A stretch of 64,000 bases of DNA from an uncultured Chloroflexia bacterium (lineage in GTDB: Bacteria; Chloroflexota; Limnocylindria; QHBO01): contig CAWIXR010000007.1 of NCBI GenBank assembly GCA_963840145.1, positions 137,592 to 201,591 on the forward strand, read 5' to 3'. A program made the position numbers and the translations under genes. The notes beneath the pieces were generated by a model. It worked only from the letters and a program-made list of their open reading frames with translations. It was not told where the DNA came from and did no database searches. The first letter of the stretch is position 1; the number at the start of each line of letters is the position of its first letter. Below are positions 8,454 to 17,595 of the stretch, piece by piece.

Positions 8454-10432
8454 TGGCGGCTGCCCGGCGCAAGACGCCGTATCGCATCCTTCTGCCGCTC
8501 GCGAACCCGAGGACGGCGCGCGACCTCGTGCGCATCGGTGCGGGCGTCGCCGACGGACGACCGACCGAGATCACCGCGCTCGGCATCGTCGAGGTGCCCG
8601 AGGGCGTGAGCCTCTCGGAGGGTGCGACCCAGGCACGGACCTCGCGCCGCCTCCTCCAGCGCGTGCTCGCGTTCGGCGACGAGGAGGGAGTCGAGCTGCG
8701 GACGCTGGTGCGCATCGGCCGCCATGCCGCCGACGGGGTGATCGAGGCGGTCGGCGAGGAGAGCACCGACCTCGTGATCTTCGGCTGGGGCGGCCCGCCG
8801 ACGCCGTCGCAGACCGCTCGGGCCGAGGCGGAGGACGCCGAGATGGTGCTCGCGGGCGAGCGGGCCTTGCCGCGTCCGGTGTTCAGCCCGACCATCGACG
8901 CGGTCGTGCGCGAGTCGCCGTGCGACATCGCGGTCGTCAAGCAGCGCGGCCTGGACAAGGTCGGCTCGATCCTCGTGCCGGTCCGCGGCGGCCCGCATGC
9001 CGAGCTGGCGATGCGCATCAGCCGCGACCTCGCCAAGCGCTTCGGCGCGAAGGTCGTCGTGCTGCACGTCGTGCCGAAGGGCATCGGCGCACGGGCGGTC
9101 GAGCGCGAGCAGGCGGCGGTCGACGCCTTCGTGCGCGAGCATGCCGGCACGCGACGGGCGACCGGCATCATCCGCGAGGCGACCAGCGTGCGCCAGGCGA
9201 TCATCAAGGAGGCCGCCAACCACGACCTGGTGGTGATGGGCGCATCGGCCCAGCCGACGAACGCCAGCCCGGACGGTCGCTACCTGTTCGGCACCCTGGC
9301 CGAGACGGTCGCCAGCAAGGCGAAGCCGACGGTGATCGTGGTGAAGACGAAGCAGTCGCTGGGTCTCGCCACCTTCGACGAGCTGCGCGCGTCGGAGGGC
9401 ACGCTCGCCCACGCCGACGCGTTCGTGGAGCGGACGCGGTCGTTGCCGGTGGTTGTCGACAAGTGGTTCGCGGAGAACACCTTCCACGCCCACGAGTTCG
9501 CCGACATCCGCAAGCTCGTCGCGCTCAAGGAGCGCCACAACCTGACGATCAGCCTCGGGTTGCCGGCGCTCAACGAGGAGAAGACGATCGGCATCGTCAT
9601 CAAGCGCGTGAAGAGCGCGCTGGTGGACCGCGTGCCGCTGATCGACCAGATCGTGGTGATCGACTCGGACAGCGAGGACCGCACCGCCCAGATCGCCGCC
9701 GACCTGGAGGTGCCGGTGTACCGCCACTCCCAGATCCTGCCCGAGCTCGGCTCCTTCGTCGGCAAGGGAGAGGCGCTGTGGAAGAGCCTCCACGTGCTCG
9801 ATGGCGACATCGTCGCCTGGATCGACACCGACATCAGCAATATCCAGCCGCGCTTCGTGTACGGGCTGCTCGGACCGCTGCTGGCCGAGCCGCAGCTCCA
9901 GTACGTGAAGGGCTTCTACCAGCGGCCGATCCGCAGCGGCGACAAGCTGCAGGCCGAGGGCGGTGGCCGCGTCACCGAGCTGATGGCGCGCCCGCTCATC
10001 AACCTCTTCTTCCCCGAGCTGTCGGGCATGATCCAGCCGCTGTCGGGCGAGTACGCCGGCCGCCGCGCGCTGCTCGAGCGACTGCCCTTCTTCACCGGCT
10101 ACGCCGTGGAGATCGGCCTGCTCATCGACATCCTCGACTCCGCCGGGCTTGCGGGCCTCGGGCAGGTCGACCTCGAGCGGCGCATCCACCGCAACCAGCC
10201 GCTGCCCAACCTGTCGCAGATGGCCTACGTCATCCTCCAGGGCGCCATCCGCAAGCTCGAGGAGCGCCATCGGCTCGAGCTGCTCACAGAGGTCGGCCGC
10301 GGCATGAAGCTCATCAACACCGGCAAGGACCACTTCAACCTCGAGGTGCGCGAGATCGGCGACGAGATCCGCCCACCGATGGCCTCGATCCCGGCCTACG
10401 TCGAGCGCCGCAGGTCACTGAAGGACCGATAG
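8453..10432 (+). CDS. gpgS: tandem universal-stress-protein domains fused to glucosyl-3-phosphoglycerate synthase (GT81)
   Basis: The N-terminal ~300 aa carry two USP-like repeats (..DLVIFGWGG.., ..HDLVVMGAS..GRYLFGTLAETVASKAKPTVIVVK). The C-terminal part has LPALNEEKTIG, VIDSDSEDRT, GKGEALW, WIDTDI, GGGRVTEL, PLSGEYAG, GYAVEIGLLID. Confidence 0.8.
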   Translation: MAAARRKTPYRILLPLANPRTARDLVRIGAGVADGRPTEITALGIVEVPEGVSLSEGATQARTSRRLLQRVLAFGDEEGVELRTLVRIGRHAADGVIEAVGEESTDLVIFGWGGPPTPSQTARAEAEDAEMVLAGERALPRPVFSPTIDAVVRESPCDIAVVKQRGLDKVGSILVPVRGGPHAELAMRISRDLAKRFGAKVVVLHVVPKGIGARAVEREQAAVDAFVREHAGTRRATGIIREATSVRQAIIKEAANHDLVVMGASAQPTNASPDGRYLFGTLAETVASKAKPTVIVVKTKQSLGLATFDELRASEGTLAHADAFVERTRSLPVVVDKWFAENTFHAHEFADIRKLVALKERHNLTISLGLPALNEEKTIGIVIKRVKSALVDRVPLIDQIVVIDSDSEDRTAQIAADLEVPVYRHSQILPELGSFVGKGEALWKSLHVLDGDIVAWIDTDISNIQPRFVYGLLGPLLAEPQLQYVKGFYQRPIRSGDKLQAEGGGRVTELMARPLINLFFPELSGMIQPLSGEYAGRRALLERLPFFTGYAVEIGLLIDILDSAGLAGLGQVDLERRIHRNQPLPNLSQMAYVILQGAIRKLEERHRLELLTEVGRGMKLINTGKDHFNLEVREIGDEIRPPMASIPAYVERRRSLKDR

Positions 10433-10443
10433 ACCACGCGCCG

Positions 10444-11004
10444 ATGCACGTCGTGGTCGTCCCCTACGACCCGGGCTGGCGCGAGCAGTTCCGCACCGTT
10501 CGCGATTCGCTGCTTGCCGCGCTCGAGGGCGTGCCGATCCGGTCGGTCGAGCACGTCGGCAGCACATCGGTTCCGGGACTCGCGGCGAAGCCGCAGATCG
10601 ACGTCGACGTGGTGGTCGCCGCCGAGCACCTGCCGGCAGCGCGCGCGGCACTCGAGGCCGCCGGCTACACCTGGCTCGGCGAGCTCGGGATCAACGACCG
10701 CCACGCGTTTCGGGCTCCGGATCATGCGCCGCCGCGCCACGTGTACGTGGCCGTCGACGGCTGCCTCGCGCTCCGGAACCATCTCGCGGTGCGCGACCTG
10801 CTGCGTCGCGATGCGCGGCTGCGCGACGAGTACGGGCAGCTCAAGCTCCAGCTCGCCGAACGCGACTACGCCGACATCGACCAATACGTGATCGACAAGT
10901 CGCCGATGATCCAGCGCATCCTCGCGGCGGCCGGCATCGATGACGTCGAGCGAGCCGCCATCGATGCCATGAACAGGGGAACCGGCGCGCGTCGGACGGG
11001 GTAG
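10444..11004 (+). CDS. GrpB-family (UPF0157) protein
   Basis: MHVVVVPYDPGWREQF..VEHVGSTSVPGLAAKPQIDV..RNHLAVRDLLR..YGQLK.. This is the C-terminal part of track ORF 8920..11004. Confidence 0.75.
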   Translation: MHVVVVPYDPGWREQFRTVRDSLLAALEGVPIRSVEHVGSTSVPGLAAKPQIDVDVVVAAEHLPAARAALEAAGYTWLGELGINDRHAFRAPDHAPPRHVYVAVDGCLALRNHLAVRDLLRRDARLRDEYGQLKLQLAERDYADIDQYVIDKSPMIQRILAAAGIDDVERAAIDAMNRGTGARRTG

Positions 11005-11141
11005 TCAGGGCGTGGAGGGACCGTCCACCGGCCGAGTCGGAGCTCCGCGAGCGAGCCCGTCCGAGCGATCTGACCGACCCTGCAACCCCCGGCGATGCGG
11101 TCCCACGCCGGGGTACACCTCTGCCCGTATCATCGGAGGGC

Positions 11142-12323
11142 ATGCCAGACCGATCCCTGCGCGTCCTCATCGCCCCCGACTCGTTCGGCGGCGCCCTCGA
11201 CTCGGTGGCAGTGGCCGCCGCCATCGCCCGTGGCTGGTCCGAGGTGCGCGGCGGTGACGAGGTGATCCGCCGCCCGATGGCCGATGGCGGCGAGGGCACG
11301 CTCGCCGCGGTGGCCGATGCGCTCGGCGACGCCGCGGAACGACGGACGGTCTCCACGACCGATGCCCTGGGCCGGCCGATCGACGCCGACTGGCTGCTGC
11401 TCGACGACGGTCGTGGCGCGTTCGTCGAGATGGCCGCCGCCTCCGGCCTGGCGCGGCTGACGCCGGAGGAGCGCACGCCCGAGAGCGCGCGGCGCGCCTC
11501 GACGCGCGGGACCGGCGACGTCATCCGCGCCGCGCTCGACGCCGGCGTCGAGCGGATCACGATCGGGCTCGGCGGTTCCGCGACCACCGACGGCGGCAGC
11601 GGACTGCTGCGCGCGCTCGGCATCCGCTTCCTCGGCAGGGACGGCGCCGAGCTCCCCGACGGCGGCGCGGCACTGGCGGACCTCGATCGGATCGATCCGG
11701 CCGGCCTCGACGCCCGGCTGGAGGAGGTGAGGCTCTCCGTCGCCTCCGACGTCACGAACACCCTGGTCGGGAGCCGCGGCGCGGCCGCGACCTACGGCCC
11801 GCAGAAGGGCGCCGACCCCGAAACGGTGGCCGAGCTCGACGCGGCGCTGGCGAGATTCGGCGCCGGCATCGAGGCGGCCACCGGGCGGCTGGTGGCCGAC
11901 CTGCCCGGCGCGGGCGCGGCCGGCGGTACGACCGCCGGCTTGCTCGGCTTCACGAGCGCCACCCTGCGCCCCGGCGTCGACGTCGTGGCCGAGCTGGTCG
12001 GGCTTGCCGCCGCGCTCGAGGAGGCCGACCTCGTGATCACCGGCGAGGGGCGCGCCGACGAGCAGACGCTGCAGGGCAAGACGGCGATGGGCGTCGCCAC
12101 CCTGGCTCGCTCGCGCAACAGCCCGGTCGTGCTGCTGTGCGGCGCCCTCGGCCCGGGTGCCGAGGCGCTCGACGTCGCGACGGCGCTGACCGTTGTGCAG
12201 CCGATCGGCGACCGGCCGGCGGACCTCTCGACCGCGATGGCCGACACCGATCGGCTTCTGGAGGCCGCGGCCGCGAGGCTCGCGCGCACCGTCGGCATCG
12301 GCCTGGAGCTTGCGCGCCCGTAG
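11142..12323 (+). CDS. glycerate kinase
   Basis: 393 aa. RVLIAPDSFGG..MADGGEGTL..GLGGSATTDGG..ITGEGRADEQTLQGK.. is the GlxK/GarK family pattern. TATCAT 11128-11133 lies 8 nt before the ATG. Confidence 0.85.
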   Translation: MPDRSLRVLIAPDSFGGALDSVAVAAAIARGWSEVRGGDEVIRRPMADGGEGTLAAVADALGDAAERRTVSTTDALGRPIDADWLLLDDGRGAFVEMAAASGLARLTPEERTPESARRASTRGTGDVIRAALDAGVERITIGLGGSATTDGGSGLLRALGIRFLGRDGAELPDGGAALADLDRIDPAGLDARLEEVRLSVASDVTNTLVGSRGAAATYGPQKGADPETVAELDAALARFGAGIEAATGRLVADLPGAGAAGGTTAGLLGFTSATLRPGVDVVAELVGLAAALEEADLVITGEGRADEQTLQGKTAMGVATLARSRNSPVVLLCGALGPGAEALDVATALTVVQPIGDRPADLSTAMADTDRLLEAAAARLARTVGIGLELARP

Positions 12324-12337
12324 GGGCGCATCGGTCC

Positions 12338-13180
12338 ATGGCGAGGAAGGGTCCGAGCCCGCAGAAACGGGCGGCGGATCGGCGGAAACGCCGGAGGCTG
12401 GCGGACGTCGTGCTGGAGCGCCTGGGTGATCGGTACGAGCATCCGACCTGGGCGGGGCCGCGCGTCGACACCGTCAGCGAGCTGGTGCTCACGATCCTGA
12501 GCCAGAACACCGCCGATGTGAACTCGTTCCGGGCTTTCACCGCGCTCCGCGCGCGCTACCCCGACTGGGACACGGTGCTGGCCGCGCCGACCGACGAGCT
12601 CGAGGACGTCATCCGCCCCGGCGGCCTGGCGCCGACGAAGTCGCGCCGCATCCAGCACGTGCTGGCCGAGGTGCACGCCGCAACGAACGGCACCTGGGAC
12701 CTCGGCTTCCTCGGCACCATGCCGCTGGACGAGGCGCGCGAGTGGCTCATCGCACTGCCGGGGATCGGCCGCAAGACGGCCTCGATCATCCTGCTCTTCG
12801 GCTTCGGGCGGCCGGCGATGCCGGTGGACACCCACGTCCATCGCGTCACGACGCGGCTCGGGATGCTGCCGCCGCGCACCCCGCTGCCACGCGCCCACGA
12901 CCTGCTGGAGGAGGTGCTCGCGCCGGACGAGATGTACCCGTTCCACGTCGAGACGATCCGGCACGGGCGCGACACCTGCCGCGCCCCGCGGCCGATCTGC
13001 GGCCTCTGCCCGCTGACCGATGCCTGCGCCTACTACGTCCTCGCCGCGAAGGGCAAGGCGCCGATGGCGCCAATGCCGAGGGGCTCAGCCGCGGACGGCC
13101 CGCCGCGTTACCACGACGAGCTGATCCACGGCTGGATGCCGCCGGAGAAGCCGGTCAGCCCCGCCGGTCCCTCCGGCTGA
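12338..13180 (+). CDS. HhH-GPD base-excision glycosylase, endonuclease III-related, with a 4Fe-4S cluster loop
   Basis: ..LVLTILSQNT..LPGIGRKTASIILLF..PVDTHVHRV.. and C-x6-C-x2-C-x5-C (CRAPRPICGLCPLTDAC). Basic N-terminal tail. ATG 12338. Confidence 0.75.
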   Translation: MARKGPSPQKRAADRRKRRRLADVVLERLGDRYEHPTWAGPRVDTVSELVLTILSQNTADVNSFRAFTALRARYPDWDTVLAAPTDELEDVIRPGGLAPTKSRRIQHVLAEVHAATNGTWDLGFLGTMPLDEAREWLIALPGIGRKTASIILLFGFGRPAMPVDTHVHRVTTRLGMLPPRTPLPRAHDLLEEVLAPDEMYPFHVETIRHGRDTCRAPRPICGLCPLTDACAYYVLAAKGKAPMAPMPRGSAADGPPRYHDELIHGWMPPEKPVSPAGPSG

Positions 13181-13411
13181 AGCCGCCCGCCGACCGCCCG
13201 CCGATATTCGCCACGTGACTGTACCGGCCGCTTCTTGGCCTATTACTCGCGTGCGGATTGGATCGGCCACGCTGTAGCGGTTCTGGCTGGCCGTTCCACG
13301 CACGAGCGGAATACTCGGCCACTTTTTGGCGGATACACGCCTCAGGCGAATGGCGGTGCGGTCGAGGGGCCCGGAGAGACGGATGCGCTAGAATCGGCGC
13401 TCGCTTGCCGG

Positions 13412-13486
13412 GCCGAAGTAGCTCAGGGGTAGAGCATCGGTTTCGTAAACCGACGGTCGTGGGTTCGAATCCCACCTTCGGCTCCA
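13412..13486 (+). tRNA. tRNA-Thr (anticodon CGU), CCA encoded
   Basis: The cloverleaf folds by hand: acceptor GCCGAAG/CTTCGGC, D arm GCTC..GAGC, anticodon stem TCGGT/ACCGA with loop TTCGTAA, T arm GTGGG-TTCGAAT-CCCAC, discriminator T plus CCA. TAGAAT at 13389-13394 upstream. Confidence 0.9.
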
Positions 13487-13493
13487 CTTCGCC

Positions 13494-14273
13494 TCAGGGC
13501 GAGGACTCGATCCTCTCCTGGAGGTCGATGAGCGGCTGCTGGCTGACGTTGATCAGCCCGTCCTGCGGCCGATCGAGGTCGATGACGAGCCAGAGCACGG
13601 CGCCGAGCGAGATCACCAGCACGGTCGCGATCAGCGGGCTCCGCTTCCCGTCCTGCCCGGCCCCGTAGCCGACCAGCCCGAGGCTCAGGATGACGCCGCC
13701 GATCAGCAGCCATAGGATCGTGATCGGCACGCGCGCGTAGACGCCGGCCACGACGCGGTTCGTGTGCAGGTCGATGATCTCGTTGACCGACTCGATGTAG
13801 AGGGCGACGACGTCGGATCCCTCGGTCCGCGCGACCTCCTCGGCGATCGCCCACAGCTCGGCCTGGAGCTCCTCGGAGCGAGCGATGGCGGCGGTGACCT
13901 GCTCGGTGTCCGAGGTCGCGATCCGCTGCGGGACGTACTCGCGAAGGATCGCTCGGCTATCGGTCGAGGCGGGCTCCGACAGGTAGCCCGCGCGCAGGTA
14001 GGCGGTGCCGATCGCGTTCGTCTCGGCCAGTACCAGGCCGCGGCGCGTGTCGAATCGGTCCGACGCCATGCCCGTCGTGATCGCCAGCAGGAAGGCCATG
14101 AGCCCGAGAACCGAGCCGACGATCAGGCCGGTCGGCCCCTCGACGCCGTCGGGGTCGCGCTGCTTCGACCACACCCCGAGCCGGTAGCCGGCCTCGTAGA
14201 CGACGTAGGTGGCGACGACGAACAGCGCGAGGAAGACGAGCACCGGAACCCGATCGAGCGGCTGCTGGCTCAC
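13494..14273 (-). CDS. membrane protein (DUF4239 / bestrophin-like, tentative)
   Basis: 259 aa. Two N-terminal and two C-terminal TM helices flank a helical soluble region. The family assignment is from memory only. Confidence 0.5.
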   Translation of the reverse strand: MSQQPLDRVPVLVFLALFVVATYVVYEAGYRLGVWSKQRDPDGVEGPTGLIVGSVLGLMAFLLAITTGMASDRFDTRRGLVLAETNAIGTAYLRAGYLSEPASTDSRAILREYVPQRIATSDTEQVTAAIARSEELQAELWAIAEEVARTEGSDVVALYIESVNEIIDLHTNRVVAGVYARVPITILWLLIGGVILSLGLVGYGAGQDGKRSPLIATVLVISLGAVLWLVIDLDRPQDGLINVSQQPLIDLQERIESSP

Positions 14274-14277
14274 AGCC

Positions 14278-15453
14278 TCACTCAGCGGTCGAGCGCGGTT
14301 CGGTCGGCGGTGGCGTGGGCTCTACCGGCTCGGTCGGCGGCGGACCGTCAGGCGGGGGCTCCATTGGCGCGCCGCCCGGCGGCAGGTCGTCCGGCGGCAG
14401 ATCCTCGGGCGGGATGCCCTCGGCGGTCGCGTCGAACTCATCGGCCTCCTGCTGCGAGCGATACCAGACCCACACGCCGCCCGCGGCCACCGCGAGGAGC
14501 GCGAGCCCGGCCAGCCACGGCAGCGGCCCCGGTCCCTGGTCGCCCGGCTCGCCACTGCCTGACGGCGACGGCTCCGGCGATGGGCTCTCGGTGGCCGATG
14601 GAGACGGCGACGGAGTCGGGCTCGGCGATGGCGACGGAGTTGGGCTCGGCGACGGTGTGGCCGATGGCGTCGGCGAGGGGGTGGGACTCGGCGTCGGAGT
14701 CGGAGTTGGCGTCGGCGTGGGTGTCGGTGTCGGAGTTGGCGTCGCCGTGGGTGTCGGTGTCGGAGTCGGAGTGGGCGTTGGTGTCGGAGTCGGAGTCGGC
14801 GTTGGCGTGGGCGTCGGCTCCGGGGTTGGCGACGGCGTTGGGGTTGGCTCCGGTGTCGGAGATGGCGAAGGCGTCGGCTCCGCGGTGGGAGACGGCGAGG
14901 CGGTCGGCTCGGCCGTCGGGGTCGCGGTCGGCGCGGCGCTCTCGGAGGCGCTCGCCGCACCGCTCTCCGATGGGCTCGCGCCGTCATCGCCGCACTCGAC
15001 GTTCAGGCTGCCGAGCGTGGTCAGGAAGGTGTCGATCGCATCGGCGGCGAGCTGGACGTCGGACATCGCGTCGGTCACGGCGGCGGGGTCACCCGAATCG
15101 ACGGCCGAGCGCAGGTTCGTCGCCGCGATCTCGGTGGCATCGAGCGCGGCCTGGAACGCCGCCCGGATGACCGGGCCGACATCGTCCTCGGACGTCTCGT
15201 CGAGCGCTGCCTGCCCCTCGGCCCCGGTGGTCTCGAGGTTGTCGATCGCCGCGAGCGCGGCCTCGTTCTCCGGCGTTCCGGCCTCAGCGACGAGCGCCGG
15301 GTCGAGGGCGAGGAGCTCGTCGAGATCGGCCTGGATCTCGTTCCCATAGCCGAGCAGGCCGCAGGCGGCGGTTTCGACCGCGCCGCAGGCGGCGAGCGCC
15401 ACGACCAGCGGCAGGACGAGGAGCGCGAGGCGGGGACGGCGACGAATCTTCAT
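14278..15453 (-). CDS. lipoprotein with a helical N-domain, a very long Pro-Thr/Pro-Ser linker and a C-terminal TM anchor
   Basis: [24 protein letters not shown] lipobox. The PT/PS tract runs from [12 protein letters not shown] to [12 protein letters not shown]. Then [21 protein letters not shown] and an acidic Pro-rich tail. ATG 15453 is preferred to the longer track ORF. Confidence 0.65.
   Translation of the reverse strand: MKIRRRPRLALLVLPLVVALAACGAVETAACGLLGYGNEIQADLDELLALDPALVAEAGTPENEAALAAIDNLETTGAEGQAALDETSEDDVGPVIRAAFQAALDATEIAATNLRSAVDSGDPAAVTDAMSDVQLAADAIDTFLTTLGSLNVECGDDGASPSESGAASASESAAPTATPTAEPTASPSPTAEPTPSPSPTPEPTPTPSPTPEPTPTPTPTPTPTPTPTPTPTPTPTATPTPTPTPTPTPTPTPTPSPTPSPTPSATPSPSPTPSPSPSPTPSPSPSATESPSPEPSPSGSGEPGDQGPGPLPWLAGLALLAVAAGGVWVWYRSQQEADEFDATAEGIPPEDLPPDDLPPGGAPMEPPPDGPPPTEPVEPTPPPTEPRSTAE
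14556..14940. repeat. low-complexity coding repeat (PT/PS linker), including a 30-bp tandem duplication
   Basis: Hexanucleotide-periodic GGNGTNGG-type DNA. 14701-14730 and 14731-14760 are identical except 14715 g versus 14745 c. Confidence 0.85.
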
Positions 15454-15491
15454 CGGTATCGGGCAGAGTACCGTCATGCTCGCCTCCGGCA

Positions 15492-16556
15492 TCACCCGTT
15501 CTGCATGAGGTTCGGCGCCAGTAGATCGGGAGTGATCTCGGCGAGCGTGCGGCAGCCGGCGAGGGCCATCGCCAGCGAGAGCTCGTCGCGCAGCAGCTCG
15601 ATGATGCGCCGGACGCCATCGGCCCCGTCGACCGCCAGGCCCCACAGCGCCGGGCGACCGATGGCGACGAGGTCGGCGCCGAACGCGAGCGCCTTGAGCA
15701 CGTCGATGCCGCGCCGGACGCCGCCGTCGACCACGAGCAGCGCCCGATCGCCGACGGTCTCCGCGATCGCCGGCAGGGCGTCGGCACCTGCGAGCGCGGT
15801 GTCGAGCTGCCGCCCACCGTGGTTGCTGACCCACACGCCGTCGCAGCCGGCGTCGACCGCGCGGAGCGCGTCATCGGCTCTGAGGACGCCCTTCACCAGC
15901 AGGGGAAGCGGGCAGACGGAACGCAGCCAGGCCAGCTCGTCCCAGTCGAAGGTCGGCAGGACGACGATCCCGGTCTCCGGATCGACGAGCTGCTCCGGCG
16001 GCAGGTGCGCGCCGAGATGGACCTCGAAGCCGCTGCGCAGGTCGCGCTCGCGGTTGCCGGGCAGCGGCAGGTCGACGGTCACGACCACGGCCGAGAAGCC
16101 GGAGGCGGTGGCGCGCTCGACGAGGGCCTGGCACGCGTCCCGGTCGGCGGGCACGTACAGCTGGAACCAGCGCGGGCCGTGGGGGGCGGTGGACGCGACA
16201 TCCTCCATCGGCACCGATGAGATCGTCGACAGTGTGAACAGCCCGCCGGCCGCCGCCGCGCCGCGGGCGGTGGCGCGCTCGGCCTCGGGATGAGAGAGCG
16301 AATGGGCCGCGGTCGGTGCCACGACGATCGGATGTGCCAGCTCAACGCCGAAGGCGGACGTTGAGAGGTTGCGCTCGGCGACGTTCACGAGGACGCGCGG
16401 GCGAAGCCGGATCCGGTCCCAGGCCGCGCGGTTATCGGCCATCGAGATCTCGTCGCCGGCGCCGCCGGCCTGGTAGTCCCACGCGGCGGGATCGGTCACT
16501 GCGCGGGCGAGGTGCTCGTAGTCGGCGACGGTGATCGGGCGCGAGGCATCGGTCAT
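15492..16556 (-). CDS. FMN-dependent alpha-hydroxy-acid dehydrogenase/oxidase (LldD / glycolate oxidase family)
   Basis: 354 aa. ..[58 protein letters not shown].. Confidence 0.8.
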   Translation of the reverse strand: MTDASRPITVADYEHLARAVTDPAAWDYQAGGAGDEISMADNRAAWDRIRLRPRVLVNVAERNLSTSAFGVELAHPIVVAPTAAHSLSHPEAERATARGAAAAGGLFTLSTISSVPMEDVASTAPHGPRWFQLYVPADRDACQALVERATASGFSAVVVTVDLPLPGNRERDLRSGFEVHLGAHLPPEQLVDPETGIVVLPTFDWDELAWLRSVCPLPLLVKGVLRADDALRAVDAGCDGVWVSNHGGRQLDTALAGADALPAIAETVGDRALLVVDGGVRRGIDVLKALAFGADLVAIGRPALWGLAVDGADGVRRIIELLRDELSLAMALAGCRTLAEITPDLLAPNLMQNG

Positions 16557-16575
16557 TCACGCCGATAATGCCCTC

Positions 16576-17511
16576 ATGCAACGACCCTCTGTTCTGAACA
16601 TCGGCGGCGGCTGGCTCGTGGCTGCCGCCGTCATCGGCCTCCTGCTCGCCGCGTGCGCGCCGGAAGAGCCGGCCGCCAGCTTCACGCCGAGCCCGACCGT
16701 GGAGCCGACGCCCGAGCCAACCGCCTCGCCGACGCTGTCGGCCGAGCTGATGGACCGACCCTGGAACGTCCTCTACGTCGGCATCGATCTCAACGAGCGG
16801 CGACGGGGCGAGAACCAGCCGCTGAACACCGACGCGCTGATGCTTGTCAGCCTCTCGGCCGATCAGTCGGAGTTGACGCTCGTCTCACTGCCGCGCGACA
16901 CGGTCGACGTGCCACTGCCCGACGGCACGGTCTACCCGCGCAAGATCAACGGGCTGTACGCCGAGCAGGGAATCGAGGCGCTCGTCGGCGCGATGGAGAC
17001 GCTCTACGGCGTGGAGATCGACGGCCACGCGATCGTCGACATGGACGACTTCGCCGCCCTCGTCACCGCGGTCGACGGGGTGGAGGTCACGCTCGACGAG
17101 CCGCTGGCCGACCCGATCGTCAACCTCGCCCTCGAGCCCGGCACGCACACGCTCGACGCCGCGCAGGCGCTCGGCTACGTGCGAACGCGCGTCGACCAGG
17201 ACTACGGCCGGATGGGCCGCCAGCAGGAGGTGATCGTCGAGCTCGTCTCGCGGCTCGTCGATCCGGACACGGATCTCGACCTGGTGGCGCTCCTCGACGG
17301 CCTCGCCTCGCTCGAGACCGATCTTCCCCTCGACCAGCTTCCCACGCTGATCGAGCTGGCGAGCCGTGCGGCCGATGCGGAGGTCACGAACTTCCTGATC
17401 GAGCCGCCGCTGATCGTGTTCGAGGGCGACCGTGGCGACGGTCGCGGCTACATCCTGGAGCCGGACGTCGAGGCGATCCGCGCCGAGGTGCAGACACTCA
17501 TCGGCGAGTGA
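16576..17511 (+). CDS. LCP (LytR-CpsA-Psr) family cell-envelope phosphotransferase
   Basis: Signal/lipobox (LLLAAC), PT linker, then ..NVLYVGID..TDALMLVSL..LVSLPRDT..INGLYA..ALGYVRTR..GRMGRQQ.. ATG 16576 lies 6 nt after GATAAT. Confidence 0.8.
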   Translation: MQRPSVLNIGGGWLVAAAVIGLLLAACAPEEPAASFTPSPTVEPTPEPTASPTLSAELMDRPWNVLYVGIDLNERRRGENQPLNTDALMLVSLSADQSELTLVSLPRDTVDVPLPDGTVYPRKINGLYAEQGIEALVGAMETLYGVEIDGHAIVDMDDFAALVTAVDGVEVTLDEPLADPIVNLALEPGTHTLDAAQALGYVRTRVDQDYGRMGRQQEVIVELVSRLVDPDTDLDLVALLDGLASLETDLPLDQLPTLIELASRAADAEVTNFLIEPPLIVFEGDRGDGRGYILEPDVEAIRAEVQTLIGE

Positions 17512-17595
17512 CCGCGCCTCACATGCAGCCGACCGGCTCCTCGGCGCGCGGCCAGCGCTCGACGCCGTCGGGCGTGACCACGTGACGCGCGGGCC

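Noticed and set aside
13181-13411. A 230-bp, slightly lower-GC spacer before tRNA-Thr, considered as a possible small RNA or riboswitch.
   Set aside because: I could not fold a convincing conserved structure or recognise any known RNA family by eye. The only clear signal is a TAGAAT -10-like box at 13389-13394 that suits the tRNA promoter.
14556-14940. Highly periodic repeat DNA that might be a CRISPR array or minisatellite (also 27108..27222).
   Set aside because: The period is 6 nt with no spacer-like unique segments. It lies in frame within secreted-protein genes and encodes Pro-Thr/Pro-Ser linkers. No cas genes were seen.
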